Position numbers and translations under genes: made by a program | Shown here: in pieces, positions 20,510 to 29,735 of the stretch | Numbering within the stretch: position 1 is the stretch's first letter | How the letters are laid out: the number at the start of each line of letters is the position of its first letter | Assembly: GCA_963774955.1 (NCBI GenBank) | Contig: CAVZGV010000006.1 | Coordinates: 90,855 to 154,854, forward strand | DNA from: Candidatus Falkowbacteria bacterium | GTDB lineage: Bacteria; Patescibacteriota; Patescibacteriia; CAIXNZ01 | Reading direction: 5' to 3' | DNA length: 64,000 bases | The notes under the pieces: model-generated | Told to the model about the DNA's origin: nothing | Seen by the model: only the letters and a program-made list of their open reading frames with translations | Databases searched by the model: none

Positions 20510-22267
20510 TTATTTTCTGTTTAAAATTTCGTCTTTAATATCAGCAATAAGCTTATCAACATCCTGCGCGCCCAAATCACCCTGACCACGCTGTCTGACC
20601 GCAACCTGTTTAGCAGTCACTTCTTTTTCACCGATAATTAAAAGATACGGAACTTTCTCCTTTTCACCGGCGCGTATTTTTTTACCTAAGGATTCCGCAG
20701 AATCATCAACTTCTACCCGAATGCCGTGTACAGCCAATTTAGTCTTTACTTCCATGGCATATTCCAAAAATTTATCAGAAACCGGTAAAATCTTAACCTG
20801 CACAGGCGCTAACCAAGTCGGAAAAGATCCGGCATAATGTTCGATTAAAAGCGCCATAAATCTTTCCGGAGAACCGGCAATTGCGCTGTGGATCATAACC
20901 GGGGTATATTTTTTACCGTCAGCTCCAGTATATTCCAGCTTAAACCTGACCGGCATATTAAAATCTAATTGTATCGTAGAAATCTGCCACTGGCGACCCA
21001 GCGCATCCTTAGCAATAATATCCATTTTCGGCCCATAGAATGCAGCCTCACCTTCAGCCTTAATAAATTCAAGCTTCTTCTCAATTAAAAGTTCTTCCAG
21101 TAACTTTTGCGATTTTTGCCAAACCGTATCATTACCCAAATACTTAGCTTTCTGAGCTTCGTCCCTTAATGACAAACGAATATAATAACTTAAACCATAA
21201 GTTTTCAAAGCTGTTTCAATGATACCAAGCAAATTGCCAAATTCTTCTTTAATTTGATCTTCAGTACAAAAACAATGCCCGTCATCTTGGGAAAATGCGC
21301 GCAAACGTGTCAGACCAGATAATTCCCCGGGGCGTTCATCCCTATATAAATTAGCACAATCAGCAATTCTGATCGGCAAATCCTTATAGCTTCGTGGTAA
21401 TGAGGCAAAAAGTTGAGTATGCTGAGGACAATTCATTGGCTTCAAAAAATATTCTTCATCTGTATAATTGGAAGTCACCTTAAACATATCTGCCTTATAC
21501 TTATCATAATGACCTGAAATCTTAAATAATTCAGCTTTATTAATCTGAGGAGTATGAACTTCCTTATAACCGATTTTTTCACGCAATTCGCGAGAAAAAT
21601 TTTGAATCTGGCTGCGAATTATAGCACCTCGATGAGTATAAAGCGGCAGACCAGGTCCGACTAAATCTGAAAACACAAACAAATCCTGTTCTTTGCCGAT
21701 TTTTCTATGATCCCTTTTTTCAGCCTCCTCGAGCATTTTCAAATAATCATCAAGTTCTTTTTGGGTTTCAAAAGCAGTGCCGTAAATTCTTTGCAGCATT
21801 TTGTTTTTTTCATCACCGCGCCAGTAAGCCCCTGACACGCGCAGTAATTTAAACAGACCGATTTCTTTGGTGGATTTAACATGAGGCCCACGGCACAAAT
21901 CATCAAAAATATCATCAATCTTATAAAAACTAACCTTCTTCTCACCCTGCGCTTCCAGGTCTTTAATTAATTCGGATTTATAAATCTGACCTTTAACCCG
22001 TTCCAACGCCTCTTTGATCGACACTTCCTCGCGTTCAATCTTTAAATTCTCCTTAATAATTTCCTGCATCTTGGCTTCAATTTTCGGCAGATCTTCGGAA
22101 CTCAAAGATTTTCCGCCTAAATCAAAGTCATAGTAAAACCCCTCGTCAATCGTCGGGCCAATGGCAAATTGAACGTCTTTAAATAAATCTTTTACTGCCG
22201 CAGCCATGACATGCGACGCCGAATGGCGCATAACATCTAATTTAGATTCTTTGTTCTCTTGACTCAT
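20510..22267 (-). CDS. thrS: threonyl-tRNA synthetase
   Basis: 585 aa class II aaRS with editing-domain motifs (HSASHVMAAAV), a catalytic core and a C-terminal anticodon-binding domain. Confidence 0.9.
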   Translation of the reverse strand: MSQENKESKLDVMRHSASHVMAAAVKDLFKDVQFAIGPTIDEGFYYDFDLGGKSLSSEDLPKIEAKMQEIIKENLKIEREEVSIKEALERVKGQIYKSELIKDLEAQGEKKVSFYKIDDIFDDLCRGPHVKSTKEIGLFKLLRVSGAYWRGDEKNKMLQRIYGTAFETQKELDDYLKMLEEAEKRDHRKIGKEQDLFVFSDLVGPGLPLYTHRGAIIRSQIQNFSRELREKIGYKEVHTPQINKAELFKISGHYDKYKADMFKVTSNYTDEEYFLKPMNCPQHTQLFASLPRSYKDLPIRIADCANLYRDERPGELSGLTRLRAFSQDDGHCFCTEDQIKEEFGNLLGIIETALKTYGLSYYIRLSLRDEAQKAKYLGNDTVWQKSQKLLEELLIEKKLEFIKAEGEAAFYGPKMDIIAKDALGRQWQISTIQLDFNMPVRFKLEYTGADGKKYTPVMIHSAIAGSPERFMALLIEHYAGSFPTWLAPVQVKILPVSDKFLEYAMEVKTKLAVHGIRVEVDDSAESLGKKIRAGEKEKVPYLLIIGEKEVTAKQVAVRQRGQGDLGAQDVDKLIADIKDEILNRK

Positions 22268-22295
22268 ATTGTTATAAATAAATTAATTAATATTT

Positions 22296-22371
22296 GTCCC
22301 GCGGAGCGGGATGCCGCTCTGCGGTATAGATTTGTATCATGCCGCGAAGCGGTATGCCGCTGCGCGGCATT
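22296..22371. repeat. array of four GC tri-loop hairpins in the thrS proximal 5' UTR
   Basis: gTCCCGCggaGCGGGAt, then three units of ATGCCGC-NNN-GCGG(C/T)AT (loops tct, gaa, tgc). Confidence 0.7.
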
Positions 22372-22625
22372 AAAAAAATCCCGTCCTAAAATATAATAAA
22401 AATTATATCTTGGGACGGGATTTCCCGTGGTTCCACCCAAGTTCCACAGTCCTCCGAAGCTCCAAAGGAGCGTAGGAGGGCCGAAGCACTCTTATTTAAG
22501 CTTAGAAAAATTTCAATTTAATGAAATTTATGCTCCGAAGCTCGAACTGAGTGAGAGCGTAGGAGCAAACGGTTGGTAGCCGTTTCAATCACTTTTTAGT
22601 AGTTATATTGTAAAACAATAAAATT
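22372..22625 (-). promoter_or_regulatory. candidate T-box riboswitch leader (threonine) for thrS
   Basis: On the minus strand: T-box-like ttGGGTGGAACCACGGG immediately 5' of a long terminator hairpin (aaatcccgtccc ... gggacgggattt) followed by a U-run. Upstream hairpin aaacggCTACCAAccgttt displays the Thr codon ACC. Confidence 0.5.
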
Positions 22626-22640
22626 TCAATGTCAAATTTA

Positions 22641-23768
22641 CTATTGAACAACCTGAATAATTATATGATCCTGAAAAAAAGGCATTTTCTTTGACCAGGA
22701 TGGAAAAAAGCTTATCTCGACTTTTTCAATATTGTCAAAATTTTCCAAATATGACTTCAAATCCTGCTGGCTCATACGAATTAATTTATCACGGTCCAAA
22801 ATCTGGCTATTTTCGCTGATTATCGTCATGCCCTTTATATTACTTTTGATTTGCACCAACTTATTGGCTAAATCCGTTTTTTCAATTTCATAAATCAACT
22901 GACCAGAAGAATCAGAGACTAATTGGTAATCAGAGGTTACCTGCCCATCCAGAGTTTTTTGGGCAAAAGTTTTAACCTGTCTTTCATCAAAGATTACGCC
23001 AATGACTTTTATCTTTAAATTTATTTTGAAATTAACCGCCTGGTCTCCTGCTTTTTGATTAAATTCCTTGGACACAACTTCTTTACTCAAGATTTTGGAC
23101 ATATTAAAATCAGCGTCTTTAACGGTCTGTTGCGCCAATTCATCCGAGTATGACACCACGGCCTTATCTAAATCTTCCTGGGTAATTACTTTAACTGACT
23201 GCCCCGAAGCCAAAAAGTCCGAAACAGCTTCTGCATAAACAAATTGCTGCATATTTTGGCTTAAGCCAGGAATAGTAAATTTAGTACCAGCAACTGCGGC
23301 TGTTTTTGTAAGATCATCAGGATAAACATCGGCGATAACACTGCCGTTGCCTGGGATGCCGACTTGATTTTTTAACCTAAATAAGATTCCGTCTGGTGAC
23401 AATAATCTGGTTTTAACTATCAAAATCTGATCAGCACTTAATTTATTAAAAAGCTTCACTTGACCTATAAACTCGCTGGACACCTGCTGACTGCCTGTAG
23501 CTATAAATTCTTTTTCTCCGCTCAAGGTTTCATTTATTATCTTGCCGGCAAAAATACCTTCTTCAGGCTTTTGGGCACTGGCATCTTCAACCATTATAAA
23601 ATTAAAGTCAGTACTGACTTCTTTGGCCCTTGGGGTAATAGTAATGTACGAATAGCTTAAGGTAAAATAAAAAACCACCCCGATTAAAATAACCGTCAAA
23701 ACTATAAAGCTGAAAGCTATTTTGCGATAAATGCTTAAAGGAGGATTAATGTGATGTCGATGAGGCAT
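22641..23768 (-). CDS. hypothetical membrane-anchored extracytoplasmic protein
   Basis: N-terminal TM (IAFSFIVLTVILIGVVFYF) and 375 aa. No recognisable catalytic motif. Confidence 0.5.
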   Translation of the reverse strand: MPHRHHINPPLSIYRKIAFSFIVLTVILIGVVFYFTLSYSYITITPRAKEVSTDFNFIMVEDASAQKPEEGIFAGKIINETLSGEKEFIATGSQQVSSEFIGQVKLFNKLSADQILIVKTRLLSPDGILFRLKNQVGIPGNGSVIADVYPDDLTKTAAVAGTKFTIPGLSQNMQQFVYAEAVSDFLASGQSVKVITQEDLDKAVVSYSDELAQQTVKDADFNMSKILSKEVVSKEFNQKAGDQAVNFKINLKIKVIGVIFDERQVKTFAQKTLDGQVTSDYQLVSDSSGQLIYEIEKTDLANKLVQIKSNIKGMTIISENSQILDRDKLIRMSQQDLKSYLENFDNIEKVEISFFPSWSKKMPFFQDHIIIQVVQ

Positions 23769-23889
23769 ATATTTATAGGGTTAATTACTCTGATTATCAC
23801 TGTATCGCGGGATACCGCTTTACAGCATAAATCTTTAGTTTATAAATCATCTATTATTATACCATATTTCTTCCAAAAACCCAAAAAGA

Positions 23890-26800
23890 TTACATCAATT
23901 TGACAAATCGAACCTCTACCAGGCTATTCAGTTCTTTCTGTAATTCCTGATTATCAAAATCAGCGTAAAAATTAGTCTCAATTTTACGGAATTTTTGATC
24001 ATCGATTGGCACGGCCAAAAACACCTTATTTTTGCCGTTGGTTGTGCTTAAAATTTTATTTAATTTGACGATACTTTCAGCAGTAATCACCTTTTTGAAA
24101 AAAATGAAAAGATTGTTGGCCTGCTTTTGGACCTGCAAATTTAACTTTTTTAGCCTATTTTTAAGGTCATTAATAATTTCCAAAGAAAGAGTTTTAACCT
24201 CATTGCAAATAATTTTATACTCCCCATCTTTATTGGAAATGGTGCCGCTGATGATAACTACGCTATTTTCAATCCATTCTTCCTTTGTGGAGCTGTAAAC
24301 GCTTGGAAAAACAATAGTTTCAACGCTGTCATAAGTATCCTCAATTTTTACAAACAACATCATTTCCCCTTTTTGGGTGATTATTTTTTTAATGCTATTA
24401 ATTACACCGGCTATCCTTACATTACCCGTGCCCATACCCAGGCCCTTTTTAATATGCTGAGAAGTCAGAATATAACCCTCAAGTTCCGCCTGAAAATCGG
24501 AAAATGGATGTTCCGAAATATATAAACCCAGCAATTCTTTTTCCCATAATAATTTCTCCCGTTTTGATGTCTGCGTATATTTATCTAACTGCAAAGTATG
24601 TTTAATTTTCGTTTCCCCAAAGGAAAAAAGACTATTTTGGTTAGTATTAGCCTCCTGGTTGACTATTTTTATAAAATTTAAAAGTTTTTCCATATTCATC
24701 AGCATTTCGTAACGTTCACCAAGCTGATCCAGGGCTCCGCATTTGATCAGACTCTCCAAAGATTTCTTATTTAAATCCTTATCATTTACTCTAGACAGAA
24801 AATCCACCAACGACTGAAAAGGTCCGTTTTGTTTACGTTCATGAATAACGGCTCTGGTTATATTCATCCCGACATTTTTTACAGCTGATAAGCCAAACCT
24901 GATTCTCGGTCTGGCATCTTTGAGAGTTTCAGCCACTACAGTAAATCTGGTGAAACTTTCATTGATATCAGGCGGCATAACTTCAATGCCCATATTACGG
25001 CATTCACTGACTTCCAGGGCAATCCTGTCAATATCATTCAAATCAGAAGTTAAAAGTGACGCCATAAATTCCACCGGATAATTGGCCTTTAAATAAGCTG
25101 TCTGATAAGCAATCCAGGCATAACAAGCCGCATGTGATTTATTGAAACCATATTCGGCAAATTTTTCCATGCCGCTAAAAGTCTTTTGGGCTATATCCTT
25201 AGAAATATTATTTTTCAGGCAACCGTCAATAAAGTCCTTTTTCATTTTTTCCATCAAATCGGCATTTTTTTTACCCATGGCTTTGCGTAATGTATCAGCC
25301 TGGCCGCCGGTAAAACCAGCCATATCTTTTGATAATTGCATTACTTGTTCCTGGTAAACTATGACTCCGTAAGTATTTTTCAGTGAATTTTCCATAATCG
25401 GGTGGTCATAGGAAATCTTTTTATCTCCGTGTTTTCTGGCGATAAACTCATCAACCATGCCTGAATTCAAAGGACCAGGACGATAAAGCGCCACCATGGC
25501 AATGATATCTTCAATATTGTTAGGTTTTAATTGTTTCAAATAACGTTTCATGCCGGATGATTCCAGCTGAAAGACGCCGGTTGTTTCTCCTTTTTGAAGC
25601 AGTTGAAAAGTTTTCTTATCTTCTAGAGGCAATTTTTCAATATCAATTTTCTGGCCATGAATTTTTTCAATCGTTTCCAGGGTATTTTCAATAATCGTCA
25701 AGTTACGCAAGCCCAAAAAGTCCATTTTCAATAGGCCTAAATCTTCTATCGGATGCAAAGAATATTGTGAGACTATGGAATTATCACCGCTGGAAGCATA
25801 TTGCAATGGCAGATATTCGGTTAAGGGCTGGGGCGTGATAACCACACCGCAAGCGTGTGTAGATGAATGACGACAGCAACCTTCAAGTTTCTTGGCATTG
25901 TCAATCAATTCCTTGCAGTCAGAGCTGTTTTTGTATTCAGATTTCAATTCGGGAACTTTTTCTAAAGCTTCTTTCAAATTCATAGCCATAGGAATCATTT
26001 TGGAAATCTTATCGCAATAGCTATAAGGCAAACCCAAAGCTCTGCCCACATCTCTGATAGCCGCACGAGCGGCCATTGTTCCAAAAGTTACAATCTGAGC
26101 CACATGATCACTGCCGTATTTTTCCGAAACATATTTAATGACTTCATCACGCCTGGTATCGGCAAAGTCAGTATCAATATCAGGCATGGATATACGTTCG
26201 GGATTTAAAAATCTTTCAAACAATAAATCATATACCAACGGATCAAGATTGGTAATATTGGTCAGATACGCCATTAAACTGCCAGCCGCAGAGCCTCTAC
26301 CCGGCCCGACCACTATACCGTTACTTTTTGACCAGTTGATAAAATCCGCCACAATTAAAAAATAGGAAACAAATCCGGTTCTGGCCACGACTGACATTTC
26401 AAAATCAAGCCTGGCCAGAACATCTTGTTTCCTAAATTCCTTATTTTGATTTTTTATTAAAATTTTATTTTCATCTATTGCCCAGTCACCATGATCATTC
26501 AGCTCACCCCCATAACGCGAAATCAAACCTTCTTTACATAATTTTTTTAAATACTCCAGATCAGTGTAGCCCGCAGGCACATCAAAAACAGGCAGGATAT
26601 TTTGGCCAAAAGATATGTCCACGTCACACATTTGGGCAATTTTTACAGTATTACTGACTGCCTCCGGCCAAGCTTTGAATTCCTTATACATCTGATCAGT
26701 TGTTTTCATAGAAAGATCAAAGCCCATAAGAGTCATACGATTGGTTTCTGTTATTTTACGATTAGTCTGAATGCAAATCAAAATATCATGAGCTTTATCA

Positions 26801-27444
26801 TCTTCAGTATTGACATAATGAGTATCATTAGTAGCCACAATACCAACATTATTGGCTCTGGCTAATTCAACTAATTTTTCATTGACGATTTGTTGATCCT
26901 GGCTATTGGCATGAGACTGCAATTCCAGGAAAAAGTTTTCTTTACCGAAAATATCCAAATACTTTTGCAAAACTGCTTCTGACTTGGCCATGTCTTTATA
27001 AGTTAAAATAGCATTTGGTATTTCACCTTCCACACAAGCTGACAAACCGATCAAACCGTCAGAATGCTTTTTTAAAATATCCAAATCAATTCTGGGCTTA
27101 TAATAAAAACCTTCCAAATGGGCAATAGTCACTAATTTTAACAGGTTTTGATAACCGGTATTATTTTTTGCCAACAAAATTAAGTGATATCTATCTTCAT
27201 CGATTCTGGAACGTTTATTTTGGCGTCCGTACGGCGCAACATAAGTTTCCACGCCTAAAATCGGCTTTATCCCGGCTTTTTTGGCCTTTTGATAAAACTC
27301 AATAATGCCATACATTGAGCCATGGTCAGTCAGAGCCATTGCCTCCATACCGTCGGCCTTTGCCTTGGCAACTAAATCATCAATTTTAGCCAAACCATCA
27401 AGCAGACTATAATGGGAGTGAACGTGAAGCGGGACAAACTTCAT
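23890..27444 (-). CDS. dnaE: DNA polymerase III alpha subunit
   Basis: PHP domain (FVPLHVHSHYSLLDG), polymerase core and OB-fold C-terminus, ~1180 aa. Start trimmed to the MKFVPLHVHS Met. Confidence 0.95.
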   Translation of the reverse strand: MKFVPLHVHSHYSLLDGLAKIDDLVAKAKADGMEAMALTDHGSMYGIIEFYQKAKKAGIKPILGVETYVAPYGRQNKRSRIDEDRYHLILLAKNNTGYQNLLKLVTIAHLEGFYYKPRIDLDILKKHSDGLIGLSACVEGEIPNAILTYKDMAKSEAVLQKYLDIFGKENFFLELQSHANSQDQQIVNEKLVELARANNVGIVATNDTHYVNTEDDKAHDILICIQTNRKITETNRMTLMGFDLSMKTTDQMYKEFKAWPEAVSNTVKIAQMCDVDISFGQNILPVFDVPAGYTDLEYLKKLCKEGLISRYGGELNDHGDWAIDENKILIKNQNKEFRKQDVLARLDFEMSVVARTGFVSYFLIVADFINWSKSNGIVVGPGRGSAAGSLMAYLTNITNLDPLVYDLLFERFLNPERISMPDIDTDFADTRRDEVIKYVSEKYGSDHVAQIVTFGTMAARAAIRDVGRALGLPYSYCDKISKMIPMAMNLKEALEKVPELKSEYKNSSDCKELIDNAKKLEGCCRHSSTHACGVVITPQPLTEYLPLQYASSGDNSIVSQYSLHPIEDLGLLKMDFLGLRNLTIIENTLETIEKIHGQKIDIEKLPLEDKKTFQLLQKGETTGVFQLESSGMKRYLKQLKPNNIEDIIAMVALYRPGPLNSGMVDEFIARKHGDKKISYDHPIMENSLKNTYGVIVYQEQVMQLSKDMAGFTGGQADTLRKAMGKKNADLMEKMKKDFIDGCLKNNISKDIAQKTFSGMEKFAEYGFNKSHAACYAWIAYQTAYLKANYPVEFMASLLTSDLNDIDRIALEVSECRNMGIEVMPPDINESFTRFTVVAETLKDARPRIRFGLSAVKNVGMNITRAVIHERKQNGPFQSLVDFLSRVNDKDLNKKSLESLIKCGALDQLGERYEMLMNMEKLLNFIKIVNQEANTNQNSLFSFGETKIKHTLQLDKYTQTSKREKLLWEKELLGLYISEHPFSDFQAELEGYILTSQHIKKGLGMGTGNVRIAGVINSIKKIITQKGEMMLFVKIEDTYDSVETIVFPSVYSSTKEEWIENSVVIISGTISNKDGEYKIICNEVKTLSLEIINDLKNRLKKLNLQVQKQANNLFIFFKKVITAESIVKLNKILSTTNGKNKVFLAVPIDDQKFRKIETNFYADFDNQELQKELNSLVEVRFVKLM

Positions 27445-27603
27445 AAAATGGATATTAAATAAATCCCAATTAAACAAATAGGGTTATTATATTTAAATTA
27501 TATCCCAATAATCAGTGTTTAACAACACTATTTAGTAATATATTAACAAATTTAATTACAAGGCTAAATTTAGCCATAAAAATATACAAAAATAATATAA
27601 TAT

Positions 27604-27630
27604 AAAACCCCCGCGAGGCGGGGGCATTTT
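27604..27630. terminator. GC tri-loop hairpin terminator
   Basis: aaaaCCCCCGCgagGCGGGGGcattttt. Confidence 0.7.
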
Positions 27631-27642
27631 TAATTTTTTGTC

Positions 27643-28146
27643 TCAACCATTCAGATTGTCCAACTCCTCTCGAAATGCCCAATATAGTGGTTCATCCTTG
27701 AAAGAATTCCTGAGAATAGATGACCACATCATTGTTGCCTCCAAAGGAGCAATATGGCACATATAAGCGATTAATTTAGCACGATTAATTACCAATTGCT
27801 TATAAATTGCCATATTAATGGCTTCAGAATTCGCTTGTGATCTCAAAATCATGGTTAAAATTACTGCAGTTACCGCTATTCTGTCGTCTTCAGTAGCTGG
27901 TGAAGGTAAAATGGTATAGGCCCTAAGCAAGGCCATCTCCATGGTGAAAAAATGTTCACCGTCTCCGCCCATGATCATATTGGCATGTTCCTGCAAATCA
28001 ACAGGACTGAGCTTATAACGTCTGTACAATCTTGTAAAAATTGGGGCGAGATTTTTTTGTGCGTAAAACACTTTTTTCATCATCTGACGATATATAATCT
28101 CCGCGATTATTATTCCGCCGAAAATAATGATTGCCCTAAACAGCAT
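27643..28146 (-). CDS. hypothetical membrane-anchored protein, paralog A of a duplicated cassette
   Basis: N-terminal TM. The C-terminal region (LIAYMCHIAPLEATMMWSSILRNSFKDEPLYWAFREELDNL) is paralogous to the 29084..29602 product (LIARILVMTNSYNVRLWNSYIDSTFKDPQLSADIRKEF). Confidence 0.5.
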   Translation of the reverse strand: MLFRAIIIFGGIIIAEIIYRQMMKKVFYAQKNLAPIFTRLYRRYKLSPVDLQEHANMIMGGDGEHFFTMEMALLRAYTILPSPATEDDRIAVTAVILTMILRSQANSEAINMAIYKQLVINRAKLIAYMCHIAPLEATMMWSSILRNSFKDEPLYWAFREELDNLNG

Positions 28147-28255
28147 TTGCTATCCTCCTTTTCTTCTTTTGCGTTATAAACCAAACTTAGCGGATTATCT
28201 CTTTAATGTCAAATAGAAAAGCCCCAAAAGTTGGGGCTTTAATTTGTTATTGTTA
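28147..28255 (-). promoter_or_regulatory. conserved hairpin + TTGACA promoter + AAGGAGG module (copy 1)
   Basis: Minus strand: agccccaacttttggggct hairpin, TTGACAttaaagagataatccgcTAAGTT, aaggaggatagcaaATG. Near-identical to 28982..29083. Confidence 0.55.
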
Positions 28256-28981
28256 TTATTTCATCACTCTTGCTTTGTTTTGCATAAGTCTGAGGATAAA
28301 TTTGGTTAATCTCTCAAACCAATAGCTGCTCAAAAACAAGAGGACAAAGCATCCTAGCCCCAAGGCTGAACCGAAGAAGAATTGCAAATGAAGGAAAACT
28401 ATGGCTACTCCTGCAAGCGGTAATAACATAAGCAGGTAAAACAAAACCTTTAGTAAGGGCCACGGAAGCTTGGTATCGACTACAAGTTTAATGCCAAATT
28501 TTTCCCGCAAATTTTGAATCAACATTCCCTGCAAAGGTTCAGGGGAATTAAAAGCTAAGTCTGGATTTTGGCAGCAGATCACCAAATGCAGACTCAGCAA
28601 ATCTAGGGCTGTTTGATCCCTGTGTGCCATTAAGGGCAAAACTTCGTTTATCAGCTTGCTCCATAAAGATTTATTGACGTAGATCAGAATGTCTATGACT
28701 GAAATTGCATACTCGATAGGCAGAGCATACAATTTTTCTAAAATGACTTGGAGGTCAGAAATTAGAAATATTTCGCCTTCTTCGAGTTTAGGAGCCAGCT
28801 CCCTCGCGTACCTCCACCGATCTCCATAGACGCTCTCGTGTTTTTTAGCCTCAGCCAAAACCCTGTTTCTGATAATATAATACGGCTTAAGAGTTACCAG
28901 CGCGTATATATATTCCAGTGGAGTGAATTTTGGCAGTTCCTCAGAGAAACGAAAAAGTTCCGCAAAAATCTTTCCCAGCAT
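28256..28981 (-). CDS. hypothetical protein with C-terminal TM helices
   Basis: 241 aa with a hydrophobic C-terminal third. Flanked on both sides by the duplicated intergenic module. Confidence 0.45.
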   Translation of the reverse strand: MLGKIFAELFRFSEELPKFTPLEYIYALVTLKPYYIIRNRVLAEAKKHESVYGDRWRYARELAPKLEEGEIFLISDLQVILEKLYALPIEYAISVIDILIYVNKSLWSKLINEVLPLMAHRDQTALDLLSLHLVICCQNPDLAFNSPEPLQGMLIQNLREKFGIKLVVDTKLPWPLLKVLFYLLMLLPLAGVAIVFLHLQFFFGSALGLGCFVLLFLSSYWFERLTKFILRLMQNKARVMK

Positions 28982-29083
28982 CTGTTATTCTCCTTTTCTC
29001 CTTTTTACTTTATAAACCAAACTTAACAAATTATCTCCTTAATGTCAAAAAAAAGCCCCGGATAAATCGGGGCTAAGAGATAA
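28982..29083 (-). promoter_or_regulatory. conserved hairpin + TTGACA promoter + AAGGAG module (copy 2)
   Basis: tataaaccaaacttaacaaattatctccttaatgtcaaaaaaaagccccggataaatcggggct: same architecture as 28147..28255. Confidence 0.55.
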
Positions 29084-29602
29084 TTACTTCTGCAATTGCA
29101 AGGCGAATTCTTTCCTGATATCCGCACTCAATTGTGGATCCTTGAACGTAGAATCGATATAGGAATTCCACAACCTTACATTATAAGAATTGGTCATAAC
29201 CAAAATTCTGGCAATAAGCCTTGCCTTATCAATTTGCTGTTGTTTATAGATTGCTTTCAGCAAAACTGCAGCAATATTTTTTTTATACAGCAATAAAACA
29301 TGTAGAAGCAAGGCGGCCATAGCCAGCATTGAGTCCTCATCTTCTTTTTGGCAAACGAAAGTAACTATTTTCTCTACCACTGCCTCAGCTTGATTTGCCT
29401 GCCCTTCATACTCTTTCCAGCCAGAAATAGCATATTGGTGTATTTGAGGCAGATCCATTCCATAAGATTCAGTCTCGGCAAATAGCCTTTTAAGATGCTT
29501 AATCCCTTGCTGCTCTTGTTTTTTGATACTAATCTTTATGAAAAGAGCTAGAACCAACAACCCCAGACAGACGCCTCCGACAATAAAAGCCATAGTAATC
29601 AT
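29084..29602 (-). CDS. hypothetical membrane-anchored protein, paralog B
   Basis: Same architecture as 27643..28146. Confidence 0.5.
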   Translation of the reverse strand: MITMAFIVGGVCLGLLVLALFIKISIKKQEQQGIKHLKRLFAETESYGMDLPQIHQYAISGWKEYEGQANQAEAVVEKIVTFVCQKEDEDSMLAMAALLLHVLLLYKKNIAAVLLKAIYKQQQIDKARLIARILVMTNSYNVRLWNSYIDSTFKDPQLSADIRKEFALQLQK

Positions 29603-29735
29603 CTGCTCCTCCTTCCCTTCCTTAAAGACTTGTTGAACTTAATAAATCTAACAAATTACCGTCTATAAGTCAAACCATAAATCTTTTCCCTCGATTGCCT
29701 CTATTTTCCTTTAATATTCTCCTTGTATTTTCCTA

